In this document: positions 28,218 through 37,248 of the stretch, piece by piece
How the letters are laid out: every line of letters begins with the position of its first letter
Numbering within the stretch: the first letter of the stretch is position 1
Origin: a virus
Lineage: Duplodnaviria; Caudoviricetes
IMG/VR virus record: IMGVR_UViG_3300037755_000166
Coordinates: 1-40,996 of that record
Direction: 5' to 3' (one strand)
DNA: 40,996 nucleotides
The notes under the pieces: generated by a model
Seen by the model: the letters and a program-made list of their open reading frames with translations, nothing else
What the model was told of the DNA's origin: nothing
Databases searched by the model: none
Position numbers and translations under genes: made by a program

Positions 28218-28685
28218 TCATAGATATTTCCTTCCATAATAGGCCAGTAGGGCGGCTTCCGCCACACCGTCATCCTTCACTCGTGCGACCTCCGAAGCGA
28301 TCGATGGCAGCAGACGGCGCACTTCTTCCCGCGATGCCGACTTGTCCGCCTTCAGCAGCCCCAGCTTACCCTTCCACTGCGATGGCGTTGCGAAGTGGAT
28401 CGGGCATTTGGCACCTGCCGCCAGGGCATGAGCGAAGCCGTAGGTCTTGCCGAAATTGAACATCGACGTGACGCCTTGCCCCGGCCTCGCAGCCACCTGT
28501 TCGATTACAATCATATCAGGCCCGAACATCTTGAGTGAATCTCCCCATGAGACGGCCCATTCCGACCATGCCGGCTGTTCCTTACCCTTCTTCATCAACG
28601 GGACGCGGAGCACTGCACAACTACCATCCGGATAGAGGATGACCATGGCGCCAGTTTTGCCGGGGTCGATTCCGGCGACGATCAT
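28218..28685 (-). CDS. RuvC-like Holliday junction resolvase
   Basis: GIDPGKTGA, IVIEQV, GVTSMFNFG, TPSQWK, DGVAEAALLA. Confidence 0.9.
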   Translation of the reverse strand: MIVAGIDPGKTGAMVILYPDGSCAVLRVPLMKKGKEQPAWSEWAVSWGDSLKMFGPDMIVIEQVAARPGQGVTSMFNFGKTYGFAHALAAGAKCPIHFATPSQWKGKLGLLKADKSASREEVRRLLPSIASEVARVKDDGVAEAALLAYYGRKYL

Positions 28686-28876
28686 ACATCCCAACCCATA
28701 AATTGTTTCAAGACACGCCCCATTCGTGCAGCAATATTGCAATGCTGCGGATTTACTCCGTAGGTTGTCATGTGCTCAGTCCCGTCATTGCCGGTTTTTC
28801 GAGCATAAATTATAACCTGTTCGTAGCCATAGTCCTTCGCTATGCGCTCTGCGGCGGTGATCGGAATAGGTTTCAT
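28682..28876 (-). CDS. hypothetical protein
   Basis: ATGA-coupled at both ends. Confidence 0.7.
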   Translation of the reverse strand: MKPIPITAAERIAKDYGYEQVIIYARKTGNDGTEHMTTYGVNPQHCNIAARMGRVLKQFMGWDV

Positions 28877-29007
28877 GTCCGTGAATCCCGACCATATAAT
28901 TTCTTTTCAATCTCCAGAACAATATCATAATCGTTCGGATGTTCTTCCTTCATGCGACGAAGGAATTCCCGGATATGGATTTCCTGAATGTAATCTCCGT
29001 TTGCCAT
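28873..29007 (-). CDS. small hypothetical protein (44 aa)
   Basis: AGGAG RBS; MANGDYIQEIHIREFLRRMKEEHPND... Confidence 0.55.
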   Translation of the reverse strand: MANGDYIQEIHIREFLRRMKEEHPNDYDIVLEIEKKLYGRDSRT

Positions 29008-29017
29008 TTGAGTTCTC

Positions 29018-31015
29018 CTACTTTCTGTATCGAACCATCTTCTCAACTTCAGCCTTGACTCGGAACTTCCGCTCTAGTGCCCAAGGCTCAATGTCTTCCA
29101 TGATTTGCTTGACGGTTACTACGAGGTCCGACCGATCCTTTTCCTCATAGACCAGTTCGTCATGGACCTTGAAAATCGTGTTGAGCCCGGCCGCTTCACC
29201 ACGCTTCATGGCACCGACCATCAGACACCGTGCGCTGCCCTGAATGCAGTCGGCCGTAATCATGCCGTGCCATGCCAGACGGCGGCGGAATTTCTTGCCT
29301 TGGTAGGACATGAAGGACCATGCCGGCCGCTCATTGCCTTGGAAATCTTCGGACCGTTCTTTGCGTGGCCGGTGATAATAAATCTTCCGGCCGCTTGGCA
29401 GCCTTATGGTCAGGAAGTCCCCTTCCTTGCGGAATTCGATCCCGACATAATCATATGTCTTGGCGTGATCGCACCAGACTGCATCCACACTGGCCTGATA
29501 CAGGCCGTACCAGAACTTTGGCACCATCGGTGCGAACTCCTGCCGGTAGGTGTTCACTGCCAGCATGGCGAGATCGATGCTATCCTTCGGAATGAATCGG
29601 GCGCGGAAGCCGACCGGCCCAAGGCCATAACCATTTCCGAGCACCGAGGCTTTTCCAATCGCCCCGGCCTTAGCGTCCTCTGGTAGCTTCCGATTGATCG
29701 GACGCTTGAATATAAGGGACGCCATTTCAGAATAGATGTCCTGTCCGGTGTGCATCTGCTCAACGCGATCATGTTGACCAGCCATCGAAAGCAGGTTGCG
29801 CGCTTCCACCGCAGCAAAGTCACCTGAGACAAGCACCTTACCATTCTCTGGCACAATGCAGGAGCGCAGCGACGATATGATGGCAGAGAAGATGTCCGAC
29901 CCCCACAGTTCCCTGATCCGATCGATGTCCCGCGTCAGGATCGCGTCGGCCAATATGTCAGCAGTCAGACCCTGACGATCACCAATTTCCCCTCGCGGAT
30001 AATTCTGTACCTGGATAAGTCTACCTGCATCTCTTCCGGTCCTGGCACCATGATATTGCGTAGCGTAACGGACACGCCCGTCCAGTCCTGCACAATCAAG
30101 CATGCGTTGCAGTTTGGCGACCGAACTACTCGCAAGAGATCGACGGAGGGTGATTGCTTCATGGACATGATAGGGGAGAGGCTCCGCAAAGGTTTCAATT
30201 CCGAATTCGTCATCAGGATCAAGGATCGCGTCAAGCGTGGCCTTTTTCATGTCGTCCAGCGCCACGCCTTGGTCATTGACCCAATTCAGCACCTTCTCGC
30301 GCTGCGTAGGATTAAGGCCGGTCAGTTCCCGGAAACGTGCCGTCATCGGCACTCGCACCTGATCGAGCACGTCGATGCAGGCATGGACGAATTCCCGGTC
30401 GATCCTGATCCCACGCTGATTGATTTTCTGATCGAGGATCCACGTATGTCGCTCCGACGGCCCCAGGCCCTTGGTCGAGACATAGGCGCCGTACTGAGCG
30501 TCACAGTCACCGACATTATATTGGTAGAGCCGTTTCAAGCTTTCCGGCGTGTGGTGGCTCCAGCCGCCGTCCCGGTCGGGCTTGCAAAGGGACAGCATCA
30601 GGCGATGCCCTTCCATATCTTTCTTCACCGGCAGTTCCAGTGCCGTGGTGAGTGCGTCCAGCCCCATTGGTAGTGCCTTCATGGCAGCAACCGCCATGGT
30701 GTCATGTAATTTCTCGGGCGGTAGTGGAGGCCACCCCATCGGTTCCATGACGTTCTTCCACATCCCCCATTCAAAAGAGCAATTATGGGCGCAGAAGATC
30801 ACCTCTGGATCCTTGACGAGCGCCATCAATTCGGTATCGAGCGCGTGCAGTTGCTTTTCAGTGAGAACGCGCGTTGGCCGCGGCCGGCCATCCACGACCA
30901 GCTTGTAGCCTGCGCAGACGATGAAGGTCGTCGCATCCTCCGAATAGACCCATGCACCCTTTTTCAGAAGGTCACAGCGTGAGGCCGTTTCAAAATCGAA
31001 AACAACGTAGCGCAA
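29018..31015 (-). CDS. DNA polymerase family A (3'-5' exonuclease plus polymerase)
   Basis: ExoI DFET, AHN, motif A DFAAVEAR, motif B KASVLGNGYG, motif C VHDE; TTG start at 31015 behind GGGAG. Confidence 0.95.
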   Translation of the reverse strand: MRYVVFDFETASRCDLLKKGAWVYSEDATTFIVCAGYKLVVDGRPRPTRVLTEKQLHALDTELMALVKDPEVIFCAHNCSFEWGMWKNVMEPMGWPPLPPEKLHDTMAVAAMKALPMGLDALTTALELPVKKDMEGHRLMLSLCKPDRDGGWSHHTPESLKRLYQYNVGDCDAQYGAYVSTKGLGPSERHTWILDQKINQRGIRIDREFVHACIDVLDQVRVPMTARFRELTGLNPTQREKVLNWVNDQGVALDDMKKATLDAILDPDDEFGIETFAEPLPYHVHEAITLRRSLASSSVAKLQRMLDCAGLDGRVRYATQYHGARTGRDAGRLIQVQNYPRGEIGDRQGLTADILADAILTRDIDRIRELWGSDIFSAIISSLRSCIVPENGKVLVSGDFAAVEARNLLSMAGQHDRVEQMHTGQDIYSEMASLIFKRPINRKLPEDAKAGAIGKASVLGNGYGLGPVGFRARFIPKDSIDLAMLAVNTYRQEFAPMVPKFWYGLYQASVDAVWCDHAKTYDYVGIEFRKEGDFLTIRLPSGRKIYYHRPRKERSEDFQGNERPAWSFMSYQGKKFRRRLAWHGMITADCIQGSARCLMVGAMKRGEAAGLNTIFKVHDELVYEEKDRSDLVVTVKQIMEDIEPWALERKFRVKAEVEKMVRYRK

Positions 31016-31078
31016 AATACTTCTCCCATGAAGTTGGCAGACTATTTCAGCCCGGTCTGCCATCGGGATAGTGCGCGT

Positions 31079-31798
31079 TCAGAAAGCCTCTTCACCTTCA
31101 AGATCAGTGTTGCTCGGAGCACCGGCCAGCGGATCATAGTCGCTGTAATTGTTGAAGCTGCCGAACACATCGGAGTTCGCCGCCCCGCCGCTGCCTGCTA
31201 GCCGCTCACCCTTACGGACAAACAGCACGTTCTGGAGGTAGGCGGTGCAGCCGTCCTTGGCGTCGAGTGTCTTGCGCCGGAAGCCCTTGAAGGCCACGGC
31301 GGGAACGACATAGGCGCCAGGATAGAACTGATCCTTTCCGGCCGTTGCCCGTGCATGTTCTTCATCGGCAATATCGACGATCTTGCCACCTTCCAGCTTC
31401 GCCAGCGACACATCGAACTGACTGGAGGCAGTCAGGATACCGGCATAGGGCTTATAGAGTTCGGCGCGTTTTTCCGCCTTCTCACGGATCTTGAATGCTT
31501 CGTCGGCCGACTTGCCCTGCGCATCCAGTTCCGCCTTTGCCAGCGCCCGCTTGCCGGCCGTCAGGCCACTTTGACAGGCAAGGTAATAATCGGCTGGATT
31601 AGTGAAATTCCCGGTTTCGGATTTGATGGCTTTCACCATCATTTCCACGATCGCATCGAAATCTTCTTTCTCGATCCCGAACGTGCCGGAGAATTTCGGT
31701 GTGGCTCCCATGACATTGCGTGGTGCGCTTTTTGCCGTGATCGACGAGAACAAAAGCCGTGCAGGCTTGACGAGCGTATATCGGAATGTTTCGGCCAT
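31079..31798 (-). CDS. putative ssDNA-binding protein (DUF2815-like)
   Basis: ARLLF...PKFS...FYPGAYV...YLQNVLFVRKGERL; acidic tail ending in F; adjacent to PolA. Confidence 0.75.
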   Translation of the reverse strand: MAETFRYTLVKPARLLFSSITAKSAPRNVMGATPKFSGTFGIEKEDFDAIVEMMVKAIKSETGNFTNPADYYLACQSGLTAGKRALAKAELDAQGKSADEAFKIREKAEKRAELYKPYAGILTASSQFDVSLAKLEGGKIVDIADEEHARATAGKDQFYPGAYVVPAVAFKGFRRKTLDAKDGCTAYLQNVLFVRKGERLAGSGGAANSDVFGSFNNYSDYDPLAGAPSNTDLEGEEAF

Positions 31799-31867
31799 TT
31801 TAGCTACTTCCTTTTCCCCCGTTTGAAAGGTTTCCCGGCAGCGTGGGAGAAGTGCTGCCGAGAAATA

Positions 31868-32128
31868 TTATTGACTGAATGATATTTCAGTACCATCAAC
31901 AGCCACTTGAATATTCAATTTCACCGCGTCCACACCTTTTGGGCAATCTACCCATGCTTCGGCAGTTTCCCATTGTTGATTTTTAAACTTGAATTTAAAA
32001 GTCAAATAGACAGGTCCTGCAGGTCGTTTTAATCTCAACCACCGTCGCCACCATTTTTGACGGGGCATAGGTATGATTTGGTTCATTTGATAATAATCAT
32101 CAAATCCATCTGTGAATAATATACTCAT
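31868..32128 (-). CDS. AT-rich hypothetical protein
   Basis: MSILFTDGFDDYY...; fills the gap between nuclease and SSB genes. Confidence 0.55.
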   Translation of the reverse strand: MSILFTDGFDDYYQMNQIIPMPRQKWWRRWLRLKRPAGPVYLTFKFKFKNQQWETAEAWVDCPKGVDAVKLNIQVAVDGTEISFSQ

Positions 32129-32129
32129 A

Positions 32130-33335
32130 TCACCACCCCGCGTCTTCAGCGGACTGAGCATGATCGGCGAACACCGACGCATTCCCCTTCGGCTTTGCTT
32201 CGGGCCGGGGATCGCTGATCGGTGCGACGGACAGGCCAGCGGCTTCGGGCTTGTAACCCCATTCCAACGCCATCTCCTTGCCGCGACTGGACAGCTTCTC
32301 GACTGCGGCTGGGCTCTTGATCTTGGGAGGCTCATAGGCACCCTTGCCGAACGCACTTTCGAGCGCCGCTTCGGCACCTGAACGCCATATGCGGGCAGTT
32401 TTCTTTTCCACCAGCTTGGCGCTGGGGATCGTGCTGCCACCGACCAGCCGGGCATGGACGGTCGATTCAAGCGCGTTCATGAAGCGGCGCGCTTGCTCGC
32501 GCTGCGCATAATATTGGTCGAGTTCCTGATCGGTCAACATGGCGATAAATTCCTCATCTGCTTGCGCATAATCCTTGAAAGCCTTCTGCATCTTGGGGCA
32601 GTCCAAAAGGACCGGGCAGAACTGGCAATGCTCGCCAGGCACGAAATCCGTATCGAAAACTTCCTGCGTTTTCATCAGGTCGTGCATACGTGGCAGCAGT
32701 TCGTCATGCCCCCAATCCCGGACATATCCGAGCGTGGTTTCCCATGTTTCCGGTTCTTCATAGATGCCGTAGAAGTTGGGTTGGACGATCCCGAGATTGA
32801 CTGGTAAGTCTTTTGGACCGTCGCGCAGCCAAGGCTCACCCATCACCATCAGGAAGCCGTAATAGAGCAACTGCTTATTGTTCACGGCGCCGACGCCGAT
32901 CCCTTCCCCGTTCTTGTAATCCCGGAGATAGACGCCGCGCTTGGCGGACCAGTAGCCGAAATCGACGGTGCCACGCAGCAGCGGGTGCAGGTCGGGCAGC
33001 TTGATCGTCTCTTCGATCAGAGCCTTGCCCTTACCATCCCGCGGCCAGATGCGTTCGCATTCGTTGACGTACACGCCGATGGCGTCGAGATTGATTTCGG
33101 TGCCGGCGGTGTAGCGGCCGAACTTCTTCCCGAGAAATTCAAACGGCTCGCGTTCTTCGGTCAGACATGTTGCAGCCAGTTCGTGCGCAGCGGTGCCGAG
33201 ATCGGCATATTCGCTGGTGATATTCTCAAACTCGTCATTTTCGAGTTGGGCGCGGTGCAGCAGGAAAGATCCTGCACAGGCTAGGAAGCGGTGCGCGCCG
33301 GAGCCGCCTAGCGGGGAGTGTTCAAGTTCGATCAT
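32130..33335 (-). CDS. Cas4-like PD-(D/E)XK nuclease (DUF2800-like)
   Basis: HSPLGGSGAHRFLACAGS, GTAAH, GTVD...DYKNG, QLLYY, PGEHCQFC..C. Confidence 0.88.
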   Translation of the reverse strand: MIELEHSPLGGSGAHRFLACAGSFLLHRAQLENDEFENITSEYADLGTAAHELAATCLTEEREPFEFLGKKFGRYTAGTEINLDAIGVYVNECERIWPRDGKGKALIEETIKLPDLHPLLRGTVDFGYWSAKRGVYLRDYKNGEGIGVGAVNNKQLLYYGFLMVMGEPWLRDGPKDLPVNLGIVQPNFYGIYEEPETWETTLGYVRDWGHDELLPRMHDLMKTQEVFDTDFVPGEHCQFCPVLLDCPKMQKAFKDYAQADEEFIAMLTDQELDQYYAQREQARRFMNALESTVHARLVGGSTIPSAKLVEKKTARIWRSGAEAALESAFGKGAYEPPKIKSPAAVEKLSSRGKEMALEWGYKPEAAGLSVAPISDPRPEAKPKGNASVFADHAQSAEDAGW

Positions 33336-33405
33336 GGCTACTTCCTCAAATTCATGGCTGGACCTTTTCAACTCATGTCCAGGAGCGCGACCCTTGCGGG
33401 ATCAG

Positions 33406-34119
33406 TTAACCGGCGAATTCAATTCCAGCCTTTGCTTCGACAGCCGCTGCAAAGTCGGCGCGCTGGTCCTTCGGAATGTTGCGGCTGTGCGCCACTTCCC
33501 CTTCAGGGATGAATTCCGCGATCAGCGCTTTGATCGGCAGCGGATCACCAAGCTTCGTCGCAGCCTGATTGCACAGCGCGCCAAGGTCAGCGTCAGTCCA
33601 TTTACGGGCTGGCACTTCCGCCGCAGCCTCAACATCTTCGGCGTCGGACTTGGCAGCCGCTTTCCGGAAGGTAGCGAACTCGTCATCCTCGTCAGCATCC
33701 GGTTCGGACGCAGAAGCGCCAGCTTGGGAAGCCGTTCCACTGTTCAACGTGCCAGTGGCCTCCGGACGCTCGACACCCTTCTTCATCCGCCACAGGCCGG
33801 CCTTGGTTTTGGTGCCGGTGTGCAGGTTTGGGTCGAACGCGATGCCATCGGCGTCACGTTCGGGCTCTTCGGAAGTCGCATCTGGTTCTTCGACAGTCTC
33901 GACAGGTTCGTCCTTGAGATCAACCTGATAGGCTTCTTCGATCGCCTGAACGGCTGTAGCTTTCGTGGCTGCCTTCTGCCCCGCAGCGGCTGCCTTCTGC
34001 CCCGCAGCGGTTACCGCTGCACCCGACACGCCGCTGAGCAAGGCATAGACCGCTGCAAGCTGATCCACTCGCACCAAGATAGTGACTTCCCTATATTCGT
34101 CAAAATAAAGCATCTTCAT
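33406..34119 (-). CDS. acidic Ala-rich hypothetical replication-region protein
   Basis: DADGIAFDPNLHTGTKTKAGLWRMKKGV motif; 21-bp tandem duplication at 33967-34008. Confidence 0.75.
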   Translation of the reverse strand: MKMLYFDEYREVTILVRVDQLAAVYALLSGVSGAAVTAAGQKAAAAGQKAATKATAVQAIEEAYQVDLKDEPVETVEEPDATSEEPERDADGIAFDPNLHTGTKTKAGLWRMKKGVERPEATGTLNSGTASQAGASASEPDADEDDEFATFRKAAAKSDAEDVEAAAEVPARKWTDADLGALCNQAATKLGDPLPIKALIAEFIPEGEVAHSRNIPKDQRADFAAAVEAKAGIEFAG

Positions 34120-35741
34120 TTTCCTTCTTTAGCGTCCAAAACGCGGTGGATCACATTCATTTTTTCCAGTGCCTTCACCAGAATTTTTTCTGAGATCGAG
34201 CCAGGGGCCACAAAAATTTCCGCACTGACTAAATTTTCCTGACCGATTCGGTCTAACCGGGAAACCGCTTGTTCATTCTGTGCAGGTACCCAATCCGGTT
34301 CGACGAGATAGCAGCGGGAGCAGACTTTTTGAAGTCCATCCAAGCCTGTCCCCGCCGCTTGAATATTTCCTATGAACACTCGAACCTTATCGTCTTTTAT
34401 AAAATCGTCAACAGCTTTTTGACGTGCCGTTGCAGATTTTCTTCCATTGACCAAAACCGTCCCGAACCGTGACAGTCCCTGTTCAAGAAGATCAAGCACT
34501 TGAATATGCCAACCGAAGATAACCAGCTTTTCATCTGACCCTTCGAGAAAATCTATCGCATACTCAATGACTTGTGGCGCAATTGCAATTCCCATCAAAC
34601 GCCGCGCTTCGGCAATATGACCGAGAATTTCAAAATCTCTGGTCGTCTGGATTTCCTCGACAGACAGCCCGAGCATCCCTTCCACATCCAGAGCGCCGGC
34701 CACAGCTTTATTTTCTTCAACGGTCACGATCGAATAGCGCGGCGGCTTCATCAAGGTAAATACATCTTTTTTCTCGTGACGTGCCAACACATTCACCCTG
34801 AGTCGATTTTGCAGTTCCAGTTCAAGCGAGGTGCTTTCCAGCTTGAAGCGCTTGCCCTCGATCGTCCGCATGTCGGCCTGCCGATTATAGCGATCCTTGA
34901 ATTTTTCCCATGAGAGAAAATCAATTGCCTCGTGATCGAAATGTCTCAGAAGGACAAAACATTCCGACGGACGGTTGAGCAACAAAGTTCCGGTCAGCGC
35001 CAGTTGCTTATCGCAATAGGAGGCAATCGCCGGAATTTTCAAATCTCCGTGATGATATTCCCCTTTATTATTTCCAAGGATGGCCCGCGTCGTCAGCGCC
35101 TCGATATTTTTCATTTTATGGGCTTCGTCGCAAATCAGCACATCCCATTTATATTTTCCGATTGCACGAATGATCGCCGGATTACGGGCAGCGTCATAGG
35201 ACAGTACCTGATAATGTGCGGTCGGATGGACGCCATCCTTGACCTTCAACATGACCGACACCTTGACATTCGGGATCGTGGAAAATCGCTTTATCTGTTC
35301 TCCCCACTGGATGCGGACCGACGCCGGCACGATCACCAGCACGCGATGCGCCTCGACTTCGTTGCAGAAGGCGATGGACGTTGGTGTCTTACCTAAGCCG
35401 GGCTGGTCGCCGTTGATGCCGCCGCCGCGCGCCAGGAGATAATCGAGCGTGGCTTTCTGATAAGGCCACAGTTCGAGCCCTGGCGGCAATCTCGTGGTGC
35501 CTTTGCCGTCGAGCGCCCGTGATAGTTCAATCTGCTTTTTATAGGGATCGAGTTCAGGGCACTCCCCGTTCGCCAGATCCGCCAGCGCATAGGGGTTTGA
35601 AGAAAACAGGACCGCCTTTTCCCGCGAACTTGCCGACGTGCTGAACGACAAGCCTCGATAGGCCATGTGCTGCACAATGTCGGTTTTCTTCGCGGACGGG
35701 ACTTCCAAGATATAGTGTCCAGCGTTGGAGGTGACTTTCAC
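34116..35741 (-). CDS. SNF2-family helicase
   Basis: DQPGLGKT, DEAH, LTGT, AAGTGLDG, QAVSRLDRIGQ. Confidence 0.92.
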   Translation of the reverse strand: MKVTSNAGHYILEVPSAKKTDIVQHMAYRGLSFSTSASSREKAVLFSSNPYALADLANGECPELDPYKKQIELSRALDGKGTTRLPPGLELWPYQKATLDYLLARGGGINGDQPGLGKTPTSIAFCNEVEAHRVLVIVPASVRIQWGEQIKRFSTIPNVKVSVMLKVKDGVHPTAHYQVLSYDAARNPAIIRAIGKYKWDVLICDEAHKMKNIEALTTRAILGNNKGEYHHGDLKIPAIASYCDKQLALTGTLLLNRPSECFVLLRHFDHEAIDFLSWEKFKDRYNRQADMRTIEGKRFKLESTSLELELQNRLRVNVLARHEKKDVFTLMKPPRYSIVTVEENKAVAGALDVEGMLGLSVEEIQTTRDFEILGHIAEARRLMGIAIAPQVIEYAIDFLEGSDEKLVIFGWHIQVLDLLEQGLSRFGTVLVNGRKSATARQKAVDDFIKDDKVRVFIGNIQAAGTGLDGLQKVCSRCYLVEPDWVPAQNEQAVSRLDRIGQENLVSAEIFVAPGSISEKILVKALEKMNVIHRVLDAKEGK

Positions 35742-36787
35742 AGGTCATACTCCAACAATGTCTTTGACGGTTTTGCAGAATTCCGTCGCGGTTTTCGCGT
35801 CGAGCGCGTTTCCATAGGCGCGCAGCTTGCCCATTCGGGAGGCAACGCCATGAGCCAACGGGAATGTTCCGGATTCAACGGGCCTCCAGCTTGGTTCTCC
35901 GGCAGGATTTCGACAGAGCAACCAATCATGGTCATCGTCTCCCGATCCAGCTTGCCTCTGATCGCGTAATGTTGAATTTGCGCTCTCGCAGCGTCCGCCG
36001 ACAATGCTCCGTTCGCCTGGTTTGGTCCGCCATTGCTCCCGTCCGTCGCTCTCGGAGTGTTCCATCCTGCCAACCATACCGCCCGGCCCAGCAATGCGTT
36101 CACTTCGACATTCAGGCACTCCGAGCCATCTTTCCAGTCCCGCGTCGTCGTCGTCGGCCAGCCTGCCAATTGCGTAATCATTGGCAACGCCACTGTCGCC
36201 TTGCTCCCGTCCGGTCGTTTTCCCGTCGCTGAAGCATTCGCCGGAATCTGCGATCTCCGCCCGTTGCCTACGGTCGGCGTCGGCCAGCCTGCCAAGATCA
36301 CTGTTTCCGCAAGATAGAGAGGCACCGAATTCTGATTGGCGTTGCGTTTCCGAAAAGCTGCACATTTCACTAAAGTCTCTGCATCCCTTACCCTGTTCGT
36401 CGCATCTGGAGTTTGCCAACCCAACAAAGTAAATTCGCTGACGGATATACGCGCCGCCGAAGCCCGCAGCGCACAAATCTGCCGCCCCGAAGGTGTAGTC
36501 CGATGCTTCCATGTCAGCTTGTACAAGATCGAGCCAATCGAGCGCGCTCGCAACCTGCTCTCCAATAATTCTTGGAGGACGGCAGACTTCGATAAGGGCT
36601 TTCCAGTGAGGCCAGAGGTGCCGATCGTCGGCAAAGCCTTTTTGCTTCCCGGCTTGGCTGAAGGGCTGGCAGGGACAGCTTCCAGTCCAGATCGGTTGGT
36701 CATCAGGCCATCTGGCTTGCCGCAAGGCGTAGGACCAGACGCCGATCCCGGCGAAGAAGTGGCATTGAGTATACCCAGCGATTTCAT
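35738..36787 (-). CDS. overlapping-frame MTase beta polypeptide (WPTP repeats, motif IX-like; ends EYDL)
   Basis: >1 kb open alternative frame; LNPEHSRWLMALP; stop overlaps the helicase GTG start. Start uncertain (36823, 36787 or 36703). Confidence 0.75.
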   Translation of the reverse strand: MKSLGILNATSSPGSASGPTPCGKPDGLMTNRSGLEAVPASPSAKPGSKKALPTIGTSGLTGKPLSKSAVLQELLESRLRARSIGSILYKLTWKHRTTPSGRQICALRASAARISVSEFTLLGWQTPDATNRVRDAETLVKCAAFRKRNANQNSVPLYLAETVILAGWPTPTVGNGRRSQIPANASATGKRPDGSKATVALPMITQLAGWPTTTTRDWKDGSECLNVEVNALLGRAVWLAGWNTPRATDGSNGGPNQANGALSADAARAQIQHYAIRGKLDRETMTMIGCSVEILPENQAGGPLNPEHSRWLMALPPEWASCAPMETRSTRKPRRNSAKPSKTLLEYDL

Positions 36788-36908
36788 AAGCCTCGATTTC
36801 CTGTATTGGCCGTTCGTCCACAATTCCTGGCGCGATATGTCCGGCTGCGATCAGATTGCGCAGCCATTGGGCTGCGAACGGGTCAGGTTCATTGTACCAA
36901 GCGGTCAA
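35745..36908 (-). CDS. C5 cytosine DNA methyltransferase, catalytic (alpha) polypeptide
   Basis: FFAGIG (motif I), GSCPCQPFS (IV), EQV (VI), RQRIYF (VIII), LRAYGNA (X). Confidence 0.9.
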   Translation of the reverse strand: MTAWYNEPDPFAAQWLRNLIAAGHIAPGIVDERPIQEIEAYEIAGYTQCHFFAGIGVWSYALRQARWPDDQPIWTGSCPCQPFSQAGKQKGFADDRHLWPHWKALIEVCRPPRIIGEQVASALDWLDLVQADMEASDYTFGAADLCAAGFGGAYIRQRIYFVGLANSRCDEQGKGCRDFSEMCSFSETQRQSEFGASLSCGNSDLGRLADADRRQRAEIADSGECFSDGKTTGREQGDSGVANDYAIGRLADDDDAGLERWLGVPECRSERIAGPGGMVGRMEHSESDGREQWRTKPGERSIVGGRCESANSTLRDQRQAGSGDDDHDWLLCRNPAGEPSWRPVESGTFPLAHGVASRMGKLRAYGNALDAKTATEFCKTVKDIVGV

Positions 36909-37234
36909 AGATCATACTCCACCGCTTGCCCCGGCATCGGCAGGCTTTCCCCAAGCCTCTCGGCCGCGCGCACCTGATTGGAAAGCCGGAGCAGCAGCGC
37001 CTCATAGACATCGGTGCCATAGGCTTCGACCATTTCCTTGATCGTTGCCAGACTGAAACCGCCGAACTGCGCGGCAGCAATGATCCGAGCCCGGTCCATC
37101 TGCTCCGCAGTGAAGCGCCGAGTATTGCCGGCCGTACGCTTGACCTCACCTAACAAACCTTCACTTTCCCAAAGCCGGATCGCCCGCCTGGTTGCGCAGC
37201 CAGCGCGGCACATATCGTCAACCGAGAATTGCAT
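36905..37234 (-). CDS. MerR-like HTH protein (ends EYDL)
   Basis: TRRAIRLWESEGLL...RTAGNTRRFT...GFSLATIKEM. Confidence 0.85.
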   Translation of the reverse strand: MQFSVDDMCRAGCATRRAIRLWESEGLLGEVKRTAGNTRRFTAEQMDRARIIAAAQFGGFSLATIKEMVEAYGTDVYEALLLRLSNQVRAAERLGESLPMPGQAVEYDL

Positions 37235-37248
37235 TGAATTCCTCCACT

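Noticed and set aside
31016-31063. Track start of PolA at 31063
   Set aside because: TTG at 31015 sits behind a GGGAG SD shared with the primase gene and just before the ExoI motif; the extension overlaps a hairpin.
32130-33335. Cas4 as evidence of a CRISPR system
   Set aside because: Standalone phage DUF2800-type nuclease; no array or other cas genes.
33193-34242. 349-aa + strand ORF
   Set aside because: Antisense shadow of 33406-34119, which is coupled to the helicase and carries a recognisable motif.
36905-37234. Lysogeny module (MerR-like protein as excisionase or repressor)
   Set aside because: No integrase, partition genes or CI-like repressor recognisable in the window.
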